Shown here: piece by piece, positions 50,159 through 59,075 of the stretch
How the letters are laid out: every line of letters begins with the position of its first letter
How positions within the stretch are numbered: position 1 is the stretch's first letter
From: Alphaproteobacteria bacterium
GTDB taxonomy: Bacteria; Pseudomonadota; Alphaproteobacteria; CALKHQ01
Assembly: GCA_965227515.1 (NCBI GenBank)
Contig: CBDDFZ010000001.1
Location: 1,536,001-1,600,000, forward strand
Length of the DNA stretch: 64,000 nucleotides
Direction: 5' to 3'
Made by a program: the position numbers and the translations under genes
Notes under the pieces: generated by a model
The model's input: the letters and a program-made list of their open reading frames with translations, nothing else
Told to the model about the DNA's origin: nothing
Database searches by the model: none

Positions 50159-51328
50159 ATGACCCTGCGCATCCGCGAGGTTCGAGAGGCGTCCATCAAG
50201 CTGCACGCCGACATTCAGAACGCCGTCGTCAGCTTCGACGAGCATGACGTCTCGCTGGTCGCCGTCATCAGCGATGCCGTGCGCGACGGCCGCCCGGTCG
50301 TCGGCCTGGCGTTCAATTCGATCGGGCGTTTCGCCCAGGGCGGGCTGATGCGCGAGCGCTTCATCCCGCGGCTGCTTGCGGCCGATCCGGCCGGGTTGTG
50401 CGACGAGACCGGCGAGGCATTCGACACCGCCGCCGCCAGGGCCGCGATGATGCGCAACGAGAAGCCGGGCGGGCATGGCGACCGGGCCGGCGCGGTGGCG
50501 GCGCTGGAACTGGCGCTGTGGGACGCCAATGCCAAGCTCAAGGGCGTGCCGGCGCACCGGCTGATCTCGGATACCTTTGGTGTCGAAGGCAGCGATGCGG
50601 TGCCGGTCTACGCGGCCGGCGGCTACTATGCGGCGGGCGACGACTTCCAGGCGCTGACCGACGAGATGCGCGGCTACGCCGACAGGGGCTACACCTATTT
50701 CAAGATGAAGATCGGCGGCGCCGACCTCGCCACCGACATGAAGCGGATCGAGGCCGCGCTGGCCGGCGTGCCGTCGGCCGACCGCCTGGCGGTCGATGCG
50801 AATGGCCGCTTCGATTTGGCGACAGCACTCGCCTACGGCCGCGAGATGAGCGGCTACGGGCTGCGCTGGTACGAGGAGCCGGGCGACCCTCTGGACTATG
50901 CCCTCAACCGCAGCGTGGTGGAGGCGTATCCGCACCCGGTCTCTACCGGCGAGAACCTGTTCTCCCGCCAGGACGTTCGCAACCTGGTGCTGTTCGGCGG
51001 CATGCGCCCCGGCATCGACTACCTGCAGATGGACCCGGGCCTGGGCTACGGGCTGGGCGAGTACGCCGGCATGGTGGACGACATCGTCGAGCATGGGTTC
51101 GACCGCCGCCAGGTGCACCCGCATGGCGGCCACGTCATCGGGCTGCATGTCGCGGTCGGCCTGGGGCTCGGGGGCTGCGAGGCCTATCCCGGCGTGTTCC
51201 AGCCGTTCGGCGGCTATCCGGCGGCCTGTGCGGTCGGCGACGGCACCGTGGCCCCGACCGACGCACCCGGTTTCGGCATCGAGGAAAAGGTCGAGCTACA
51301 GCCGCACGTGAAAGCCTTATTGGACTAA
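50159..51328 (+). CDS. Mandelate racemase/enolase family dehydratase (TarD-like)
   Basis: FNSIGR, KMKIGG, VDANG, WYEEP, TGEN, PHGGH. Confidence 0.85.
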   Translation: MTLRIREVREASIKLHADIQNAVVSFDEHDVSLVAVISDAVRDGRPVVGLAFNSIGRFAQGGLMRERFIPRLLAADPAGLCDETGEAFDTAAARAAMMRNEKPGGHGDRAGAVAALELALWDANAKLKGVPAHRLISDTFGVEGSDAVPVYAAGGYYAAGDDFQALTDEMRGYADRGYTYFKMKIGGADLATDMKRIEAALAGVPSADRLAVDANGRFDLATALAYGREMSGYGLRWYEEPGDPLDYALNRSVVEAYPHPVSTGENLFSRQDVRNLVLFGGMRPGIDYLQMDPGLGYGLGEYAGMVDDIVEHGFDRRQVHPHGGHVIGLHVAVGLGLGGCEAYPGVFQPFGGYPAACAVGDGTVAPTDAPGFGIEEKVELQPHVKALLD

Positions 51329-51341
51329 CAGGAAATCGCGG

Positions 51342-52142
51342 TCAGTCCCCGTCCGGGCCGCGCGCTGCCACGGCCTGCTCCAGCGGCGCGAGGTGGACGT
51401 CGACCGCGTGCTCGATCTTGGCGCGGTCGCGTGTGCGCAGCGCGGCCAGCGTTTCCTCGTGCAGTGCGATCACGCTGTCCACGTCCTCGATGTCCTTGAA
51501 GTACTCTCCCATCCGCAGGAACAACTGCTCCAGGATCTGGTGCTGGTAGAGCGCCAGCGCCCGGCTGCGGGCCGCGCGGCCGATGTTGTAGTGGAACAGG
51601 TGATCGTGGCGGATGCGCGCCTCCAGGCCCTCGCGGCGGTGGTCGCGCAGCGCGGTGACGCAGCTCTCCAGCAGCGCGAAGTCGCTGTCGGTGGCGCGCT
51701 CCGCGGCCAGGATCGCCAGGCTGGTCTCCACCGGTCGCCGGGCCTCCACGATGTCCATCACGCTGAGGTGCGCCGCCTGGGTGCTCAACGCCATCACGTC
51801 GGCCGGGATGTCGTTGGTCAGCACCGTCAGGCCGCCATTGATGCCGCGCTGCACCTGCAGCACGCCGGCACGCGACAGCACCTTCAGCGCCTCGCCGATC
51901 ACCGGCTTGCTGACCTTCATGGTCTTCGACAGCGCCTCGATGGACGGCAGCCGGTCGCCCGGTGCGAACGCACTGGCGCGCAAGGCAAAGGTGATCTGCT
52001 CGACCACCGCTTCGTGCGCGCGTGCGTTGGCGATGGGGTGGAACGCCCATTGGTCGGTATCCGGGCGCGGGGCGCCGTGACCCGCCGCAGGCCGGTCGGG
52101 CTCTGCGTCCCCGGATTCGGTGGGCACGATGGCGTTTGTCAT
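51342..52142 (-). CDS. GntR/FadR family regulator
   Basis: PGDRLPS...VS..VI.EAL..L HTH, FCD domain. Confidence 0.9.
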   Translation of the reverse strand: MTNAIVPTESGDAEPDRPAAGHGAPRPDTDQWAFHPIANARAHEAVVEQITFALRASAFAPGDRLPSIEALSKTMKVSKPVIGEALKVLSRAGVLQVQRGINGGLTVLTNDIPADVMALSTQAAHLSVMDIVEARRPVETSLAILAAERATDSDFALLESCVTALRDHRREGLEARIRHDHLFHYNIGRAARSRALALYQHQILEQLFLRMGEYFKDIEDVDSVIALHEETLAALRTRDRAKIEHAVDVHLAPLEQAVAARGPDGD

Positions 52143-52297
52143 ATTCTTCAACTGCAATAGGCGGGCATGCCAAGCCGGCTGATCGGTGCGCTGACCTGGT
52201 CGCCCTAAAGCTCAAGCCTGTTGATGTTTACGGGCAGCCGGCGATTCCTGTCAACGCGACGGCTGGGCACATCTTGGCGCACCGGCCCGCGGTTGCT

Positions 52298-52327
52298 TTG
52301 ACTAAAGATAAACACCTTTTATAAAAT
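52298..52327 (+). promoter_or_regulatory. Promoter with TAAAGA-N-CTTT motif between -35 and -10
   Basis: TTGACT-aaagataaacacctttta-TAAAAT. Confidence 0.5.
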
Positions 52328-52390
52328 GGCCAATCCCATGTGCGGCTGGCAAGCTCGCGTGGACGCACCCAAGGCACGACAGGGACGACC

Positions 52391-53143
52391 ATGGACATCA
52401 ACTGCGACTGCGGCGAGAGCTATGGCAACTGGCGCATGGGCGCCGACGAGGCATTGCTGCCGCTGATCACCACCGCCAACGTGGCCTGCGGGTTCCATGC
52501 CGGCGACCCGGTCACCATGCTGCGGACAGTGGAGCTGGCGGTCGAGAACGGGGTCTCGGTCGGGGCACACCCTGGGTTGCCCGACCTGATGGGCTTTGGC
52601 CGGCGCCGGATGCAGATCTCGCCGGAGGAGGCTTACGCCTATGTGGCCTATCAGGCCGGCGGGCTGGCCGGCGTGCTCAGCCGCTTCGGGCGGACGCTCA
52701 ACCACATCAAGCCGCACGGCGCGCTCTACCTGATGCTGAACGAGGACCGGGCGCTGGCCGATGCGGTGGTCAAGGCAATCGTCGATGTCTGCCCGGCGCC
52801 GAAGCTCTATTGGCCGGCCCCCATCGCCGGGCGCGCGCTGCCGGAAGCGGCCACCGAAGCCGGCATCCCCGTGGTGCGCGAGGTCTATTTCGACCTGCAG
52901 TACGACCGCGACGCCAACCTGGTGCTGCAACGCCAGAAGGGCGCGGTCGATATCGCCGACCTGCGGCGGCGGCTGGAGACCTATTTGTCGACGGGCGAGA
53001 TCGTCGCGACAACCGGCGAGCGACTGAAGCTGGAGGCGGAGAGCATTTGCGTCCACGGCGACGGCCCCAACGCGGCCGAGATCGCCAGCACCGTCCGCGA
53101 CGTGCTTGCGGCGCGGGATGCGCCGGTGGCGGCCGCCGGCTGA
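52391..53143 (+). CDS. pxpA: 5-oxoprolinase subunit A / LamB-YcsF family
   Basis: DINCDCGES, ANVACGFHAGDP, HIKPHGALY, ICVHGD. Confidence 0.9.
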   Translation: MDINCDCGESYGNWRMGADEALLPLITTANVACGFHAGDPVTMLRTVELAVENGVSVGAHPGLPDLMGFGRRRMQISPEEAYAYVAYQAGGLAGVLSRFGRTLNHIKPHGALYLMLNEDRALADAVVKAIVDVCPAPKLYWPAPIAGRALPEAATEAGIPVVREVYFDLQYDRDANLVLQRQKGAVDIADLRRRLETYLSTGEIVATTGERLKLEAESICVHGDGPNAAEIASTVRDVLAARDAPVAAAG

Positions 53144-53166
53144 GACCACTGATCGGAACGCCCGCT

Positions 53167-54036
53167 ATGCAATATGACGAGCCCAGGATTCTGCCCGCCG
53201 GCGACCGGTTCGTGCTGGTCGAGTTCGGCAACGAGACTAACCTGGCGCTGAATTTCAAGGCGCAGGGGCTGGCCGCGATGATCGCTGACGGCGCCATCGA
53301 GGGCGTGGTCGAGACCGCGCCGGCCTTCGCCTCGCTGCTGGTCCACTACGACCCGGAGACGATCAGCTACAACAACCTTTCCGACGGGCTGATCGAGGCG
53401 TCTGGCGAGCTCAGCGCCGGCGAGGACCTGGTGCTCGACAGCCGCCTGTTCTACCTGCCGACCATGTATCTGGACCCGTGGAGCAACGAGGCGATCGACC
53501 GTTACATCCGCGACATCGCGCCGAAGCAGCGCGACGCGGAGATGATCGTCGAGCAGAACGGGCTGGAGGACACCGACCAGCTGGTGCGGGTGCACTCGGG
53601 GTCGGAATACTGGGTCTCGGCCATCGGCTGGTGGCCGGGGGTGCCGTTCATGATGGCGCTGGACCCGCGCTGCCGCATGGCGGTGCCGAAGTACAATCCG
53701 CCGCGGCTCTACACCAAGAAAGGCACGGTGGGCCTGGGCGGCTCCAACACCGGTATCTACCCGGAGGACCTGCCCGGCGGCATCCAGATCTTCGCGCGCA
53801 CGCCGGTGCCGATCTGGGACCGGGCGCAACGCTTCGACGTGTTCCGGGACTCGATCTGCCTGCTCCGGCCCGGCGACCGGATCAAGTTCGTGCCCTGCGG
53901 CCTGGAGGAGTTCGAGGCGGTCGAGCGCCAGGTCGACGAGGGCACCTACACCTTCAACGTGATCGAGTACCAGAAGTTCTCGGTGCCCGACTACAACCGC
54001 TGGCTCGACGACCTGGACACCAGCGTGCGTTTCTAG
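53167..54036 (+). CDS. PxpB-like carboxyltransferase subunit (allophanate hydrolase subunit 1)
   Basis: GDRFVLVEFG, SLLVHYDP, IYP..LPGG.Q, LRPGDRIKF. Confidence 0.85.
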   Translation: MQYDEPRILPAGDRFVLVEFGNETNLALNFKAQGLAAMIADGAIEGVVETAPAFASLLVHYDPETISYNNLSDGLIEASGELSAGEDLVLDSRLFYLPTMYLDPWSNEAIDRYIRDIAPKQRDAEMIVEQNGLEDTDQLVRVHSGSEYWVSAIGWWPGVPFMMALDPRCRMAVPKYNPPRLYTKKGTVGLGGSNTGIYPEDLPGGIQIFARTPVPIWDRAQRFDVFRDSICLLRPGDRIKFVPCGLEEFEAVERQVDEGTYTFNVIEYQKFSVPDYNRWLDDLDTSVRF

Positions 54037-54305
54037 GTGCTACACGTCCGAACCCAAATACCGGGCGAGCAGGCAGGGTGGGCGCGGCGCCTATTTGCGA
54101 GTCCAAAGAAAGAGATTTGGCGCACCCGGGAGGATTTGGTTCGAACATCCTATTCCAGACGCTGGAGGAATGGAGCAGGCTGCTGGAGGACAATTCGCTG
54201 TCAAATTCTATGGATTATGACTAGAGGGACGGTTGAGGCCCACTGAGGCGCACAACCGGTTCATATGGGCCGGGTTTGCATGGGGGCTGAGATCAAGTCG
54301 TTCCG

Positions 54306-54338
54306 CAAGATGTGTGTTGTACTACAACACACATCTTG
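54306..54338. repeat. Perfect 16-bp inverted repeat (oriT-like)
   Basis: caagatgtgtgttgta-c-tacaacacacatcttg. Confidence 0.7.
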
Positions 54339-54513
54339 GCAAAGGGGCGTGCCGCCCCCGTTGCATCCCTCCTGCCGGATGGCGCTACGCGCCAATGGAA
54401 CGTCCGGCGGTTCTATCACCACTCGGGGAATGTCCCCCGACACCCCATTCAAGCTCTATTGAGCGAGCCACGCCTCTCCTGCTGGACCTCGACGCCAGAT
54501 ATCATATACTCAA

Positions 54514-55029
54514 GTGGACTCAAATCGCGAAACTTGGTTATTTGGAATGTCTACGGGAAAATGGAAAGAAGCAGGCGTACCTCATAAAGACTGGACCAAT
54601 ATCGACATGGAGGACCTGGGGTCGCCAGTCGAAATATGCGAGATGTGCGAGGTTCGAGAGATTCGGTATGTCCACATCATGCAGCATGACAACTATCCAG
54701 AGGTACTTCGAGTTGGTTGTGTGTGTGCCGGCCATATGGAAGAAAACAAGGTGGGCGCACGCAACAGAGAGCATTCATTTAAGAATTTCCGCAAGCGTCG
54801 CCAAAATTGGCCGAAGCGTAAGGCGTGGAAAATCTCGACAAAAGGTAATCCGACAATAACCTCTGAGGGGTATCGAATTACTGTTTTTGAAAGAAGCAAC
54901 AGCTCGTGGTCTGGGGTAATCGAGAATCTTTCCACTGGTCAGAAGACCTGGGCCAGGAAGCGCTACAGGACCGAGGTTGAGGCAAAGCTGGCTGCATTCG
55001 ATGGGATGGTGTGGTTGATGAGCCACTAG
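54514..55029 (+). CDS. Hypothetical protein with Zn-binding-like motifs
   Basis: CEMC...H...GCVCAGHM, basic C-terminus; low GC; start uncertain. Confidence 0.65.
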   Translation: MDSNRETWLFGMSTGKWKEAGVPHKDWTNIDMEDLGSPVEICEMCEVREIRYVHIMQHDNYPEVLRVGCVCAGHMEENKVGARNREHSFKNFRKRRQNWPKRKAWKISTKGNPTITSEGYRITVFERSNSSWSGVIENLSTGQKTWARKRYRTEVEAKLAAFDGMVWLMSH

Positions 55030-55040
55030 GGGATATATCC

Positions 55041-55871
55041 ATGGAAACGAAAGATCAGTGGTCAGATTCGGAAGGTATAGAGTTCTTTTGCAGACATTTG
55101 ATTGCCCTGTGCATCACTTATAAAATCATTGATGAAGATGATGTTCAGGAAACAAATCTACGATTCTCTGCATATGCGGGGACCCTAATTCGCATCGAAG
55201 GCGCCTACTACTATCTCACGTCGGGCCACATTCTCCGGGAGATTGAGGCAGCGCTGGCAAGCGATGCAGTCAACATAGAAAACACACGACTAGCGGACAC
55301 GCTCGGATATAGGCGCATCAGCGATAACCCCATACCGATTGACCTTTCTAGCACTCCGCGTTTCTATGTAGATGACGATGAGCTTGGGCTCGATTACGGA
55401 TTGATGGCCATCCATCCTCATCATATTCGGCTGCTGGCAGCAAACAATGTCGTTGCTCTTGAGGAGGTAAATTGGGCTCATCAATCGGAGTTAACATTCG
55501 ACGCCTATATCATGCTTGGACTGCCTCAGGAATTTACATCTGAATTCGTATCGGAGTCTGGAGCAGGTACTGTTTCCCCGACGATGTTCAGAGTTCACAA
55601 AGTCGACCCGAATTCGGAAGAGCACACGAAAACCCACTTCCCACGGTTTGTCGGAAGGATCGACCCTGAACTTGAGCTAAAGAGCATAAAAGGAATGAGC
55701 GGCGGACCGATCTTTGGGTTCAAGATTGATAAGGAGACACGATATTGGGTGGTTGCGTTGCAAAGCTCTTGGAACAAACGAACGCGTGCAGTTTACGGTT
55801 GCCTCCTCCCTGTGCTTGCAGAGCATATCGCCTCGCTCCAAAGCCGGGTCGAGGATCGGACAGAATCTTAG
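55041..55871 (+). CDS. Trypsin-like serine protease
   Basis: LTSGH, DYG, GMSGGPIF triad; no signal peptide. Confidence 0.72.
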   Translation: METKDQWSDSEGIEFFCRHLIALCITYKIIDEDDVQETNLRFSAYAGTLIRIEGAYYYLTSGHILREIEAALASDAVNIENTRLADTLGYRRISDNPIPIDLSSTPRFYVDDDELGLDYGLMAIHPHHIRLLAANNVVALEEVNWAHQSELTFDAYIMLGLPQEFTSEFVSESGAGTVSPTMFRVHKVDPNSEEHTKTHFPRFVGRIDPELELKSIKGMSGGPIFGFKIDKETRYWVVALQSSWNKRTRAVYGCLLPVLAEHIASLQSRVEDRTES

Positions 55872-56220
55872 TTCCACCAACTATCAATTGACCAAGGGGC
55901 TTCGCCCCTCTCGCGCGCAAGGCATCCAAACGTCTCCCCGCTTTGCGGGGCCCCTCGTTCGGAGCGTCCTTGCGCTTGCTACCCTCACTCTCGGCGAGGG
56001 CCAATGGTTGCTGGCGCAACCCGTATGTGGAGTTAGAACCGCTTCAGCTGTTATGCCAAGCCATTGAAATGGCTAGCGGGGTCGGGCGCGCACAATCTGT
56101 CGATGATGACGCATCAAGCGGCACCAGACCAGAGCGATGAAGGAAATTTCGAACCGATTAGAACCAGATTTCTAATGGCAATTCAATATGTTGAGTGGAA
56201 AACTGCATAGAAAAGCAGGA

Positions 56221-56297
56221 TGGCGCACCCGGCAGGATTCGAACCTGCGGCCTCTGCCTTCGGAGGGCAGCACTCTATCCAGCTGAGCTACGGGTGC
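56221..56297 (-). tRNA. tRNA-Arg (CCG)
   Basis: gcacccgtagctcagctggatagag...ctCCGaa...ggttcgaatcc...gggtgcgcca. Confidence 0.97.
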
Positions 56298-56513
56298 GCA
56301 TGCGCCGTGCAATCGTGCACGCTCGCGCCGCACATGTAGCTTGCGGGGGCGCGGGGCGTCAAGTCGGGGCGATCCGTTGCGCCGCAAACCAGGCTCCACA
56401 AATGCGAACACCGGCCGTCCCGCGGCGGCCGGTGCTCTTCCAGGGTTCGATTGGGAGCAGGGAGGGGATGACGGGAGGATCGATCCCTGGTGTCGGGTTG
56501 ATCGGTCGGCCTG

Positions 56514-56690
56514 CTAGAAGCCGAGGTTGGCGCTGGGCCGGTAGTAGACCCCGCTGTTGCCGATCTCCGTGCTCGGCATATAGACGCCAAGCGACCCGTT
56601 GACCGGCAGGTCGGCCACTGGCTTCGCAGACTGGCAACCGGCCAGCGCGGCAGCAGCGGCAAGAATCACACTCAGAACCATCGCACGCAT
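56514..56690 (-). CDS. Small lipoprotein
   Basis: RBS aggagg, lipobox LAGC, C-terminal Phe. Confidence 0.6.
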   Translation of the reverse strand: MRAMVLSVILAAAAALAGCQSAKPVADLPVNGSLGVYMPSTEIGNSGVYYRPSANLGF

Positions 56691-56909
56691 GTTTCTTCCT
56701 CCTGTTGAAGGTCGCCGCCTCGCCCGTCCGCGGCCAGCCGGCAACATCGGGGTAGTCGCGCGACCGATGCGCCGGGTTCAAAAAAAGTGTCGCCCCAGGG
56801 GGTCATGGCCGTGGGTGAGGCGAGGCGGCCATTGGCGCGGTCCACTTTTTCGGCAAGATTGTGTGGTCCAGTGGCGAGGTGGGCTGGAGCCAATGCAAAA
56901 GGGGTGAAC

Positions 56910-57662
56910 ATGATGGATCTTGAACCGAGCCTGTCGACGTCGAGCCTGATATGCGCGTTGTTCTCCAGCGCGGCCGGTTGCCCCGACGGCCCGGCCCTGG
57001 ACGAGGCGATGCCCGAGATCGTGGAAGTGGGCGCCTACACCATCGAGTTGCAGGCGCGCCAGCAGCACGACATGGCGGTCCTCGACCAGGCTCTGGCCGT
57101 GATCATGGACCGGCTGGACGACGATGCCGGCACCCGCGGGATCACCGGCACCGTCAACGCCGACGGCACGCTGGTGCTGGAAATCGAGGCCGCGATGGAC
57201 GTGGACATGGTGGTGGACCTGGCGACCGCCACCGGCGCGGTGGACCTTTATGTGGTGGATGCCGACCGCACGGCGACCGGCGAGATCGGGCCGGGCTATG
57301 GCATATATGGCGACCGTGACGGCAACGAGTACGTGGTGGTCTGGGAGCCGTTGTTGCCGGCGGGCGCGTTCGAGGATGCGTACGTGCAACAACAGGACCA
57401 CGGGCCGGTCATCACGTTCCGACTTACCGACGAGGCCGGGCAGATCTTTGCGGACTTCACCGCCGAACACATCGGCGAGGCCATTGCGGTGGTGCTGGAT
57501 GGCGTGGTGCTGATGGCGCCCGTGGTGCAGTCGCCGATCACTGGCGGGTCCGGCCTCATCACCGGCAACTTCTCGGTCAGCGAATTGGAGACGATTGCCA
57601 CCATCCTGCGCTCCGGCCCGCTGCCCGACGGCATGTCGCTGGAATTCACAGCGATCCGCTGA
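56910..57662 (+). CDS. Stand-alone SecD P1-domain protein
   Basis: FADFT..HIG..IAVVLDG....AP.VQSPITGG...ITGNFS..E....A.ILRSGPLP; no SecD TM domain. Confidence 0.75.
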   Translation: MMDLEPSLSTSSLICALFSSAAGCPDGPALDEAMPEIVEVGAYTIELQARQQHDMAVLDQALAVIMDRLDDDAGTRGITGTVNADGTLVLEIEAAMDVDMVVDLATATGAVDLYVVDADRTATGEIGPGYGIYGDRDGNEYVVVWEPLLPAGAFEDAYVQQQDHGPVITFRLTDEAGQIFADFTAEHIGEAIAVVLDGVVLMAPVVQSPITGGSGLITGNFSVSELETIATILRSGPLPDGMSLEFTAIR

Positions 57663-57673
57663 GGGCAAGATTT

Positions 57674-58177
57674 TTGCAGGAGCGCGCGCGGTACCGGCCG
57701 GCCACCATTGCCGATCTGGAGCGGCACGGACCGGCGCTGGAGGCGCTCTACGACCGCTCGGCGCGCGCACTGCACGCCTCTCACTACTCCACGGCGCAGA
57801 TCGCGGGCATGGTACCGGAACTGGTGCGGATCAACCGGCAGCGCATTCCCGCCGGCCACCACATGCTGGCGCTGGTGGAGGACGATGTGGCCGGCATCGC
57901 CTGCTGGGTGCCCGGCGACTTTCACGGCGCAAGCGCGCGTATCGGCACGCTCTATGTCCTGCCCGAATACAGCGGCCGGGGCATCGGCAGCGACCTCGTC
58001 CGGCGCACGCTCGACGATGCCGCGGCGGCCGGTCATCCGCGCCTGGGCGTCAACGCGTCGCTGAACGCGGTCGACTTCTATGCGCGCTTCGGCTTCGTGC
58101 CGGTCGGCGAGTTGCAGATCCCGCTCGCTGACGGCCTCACGTTTCCGTGCATCGAAATGGTGCAGCCCGCGCCTTGA
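57674..58177 (+). CDS. GNAT acetyltransferase
   Basis: LYVLPEYSGRGIG, NASLNAVDFYARFGF. Confidence 0.85.
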   Translation: MQERARYRPATIADLERHGPALEALYDRSARALHASHYSTAQIAGMVPELVRINRQRIPAGHHMLALVEDDVAGIACWVPGDFHGASARIGTLYVLPEYSGRGIGSDLVRRTLDDAAAAGHPRLGVNASLNAVDFYARFGFVPVGELQIPLADGLTFPCIEMVQPAP

Positions 58178-58246
58178 ACGAGGCTGGCCTGGGGCCGATC
58201 TATGTACAACGACGGATTGCGTCACCCACAGGCCAAGGATCGAGAC

Positions 58247-58861
58247 ATGCCGCAACGCACCCGCCGCGCCCTGCTGGCGGCCACGCCGGCGCTGTTGCTG
58301 CCGACGCTGGCGCATGCCCTGCCACTGACCCCGCGCGCAACCGAAGGGCCGTTCTACCCGGTCGCCCTGCCCGAGGATCATGACGCCGACCTGATCCGCG
58401 ACGAGGCGGGGGTCCGTCAGGCCGGCGGCGAGGTGCTGCACATCGTCGGTCGGCTGGTGACCGCGGGCGAGCAGCCGTTGCCGCGCGGTATCGTCGAGAT
58501 CTGGCAGTGCGACATGGCCGGCGTCTATCTGCACCCCGGCAGCCCGGGCAGTTTCAACCCGGCCTTCCAAGGCTTCGGGCAGGTGGTAACCGATGCCGAC
58601 GGGGCCTTCTTCTTCCGCACGCTGTTGCCGGTGCCCTACACCGGCCGCACGCCGCACATTCACCTGAAGGCCTATGTGGACGGCAGCGACGTGCTGACCA
58701 CCCAGTTCTATCTGGCCGACCACCCGCAGAACGCGGGCGACAGGCTGTTCAACCGGATGTCGGCGGACGAGCAGGCGCGCCAGTCCATGGTGCTGACCGC
58801 ACGGCCCGACCGCACGTCCGGCACATACGTGACCCAGATCGACGTGGTGGTTCCGGGCTGA
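58247..58861 (+). CDS. Intradiol ring-cleavage dioxygenase family protein (probably Tat-exported)
   Basis: TRRALL leader, EGPFY, EIWQCD.AG.Y, Y.GRTPHIH. Confidence 0.85.
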   Translation: MPQRTRRALLAATPALLLPTLAHALPLTPRATEGPFYPVALPEDHDADLIRDEAGVRQAGGEVLHIVGRLVTAGEQPLPRGIVEIWQCDMAGVYLHPGSPGSFNPAFQGFGQVVTDADGAFFFRTLLPVPYTGRTPHIHLKAYVDGSDVLTTQFYLADHPQNAGDRLFNRMSADEQARQSMVLTARPDRTSGTYVTQIDVVVPG

Positions 58862-59075
58862 GCGGCGTCTCGATCCCGGGCGGTGTCCGCATATCGTTCG
58901 GCGGCACGGCCATGTTTGCGCCCATTTTGCGCCCCAATTTCGCGCCAATCGCCGCAAATTGTGCGGTACGGGGAATTTTCAGTGCAATGAAGCATCCATC
59001 CATGGGCCTTCGGACGGGTTTGGGTGCTGGCATCAGCGGCGGGCGGCATGCCGGCCCGGCGCAACAGGAGTTGCC

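Larger units (their letters stand above)
54118..56239. mobile_element. 2.1-kb integrase-less island at tRNA-Arg
   Basis: tggcgcacccgg(g/c)aggatt at 54118-54136 and 56221-56239; visibly lower-GC interior. Confidence 0.75.

Noticed and set aside
33054-56297. One large island bounded by the two tRNAs
   Set aside because: I found no tRNA-Val att duplicate and no integrase; only the 54118/56221 repeat is supported.
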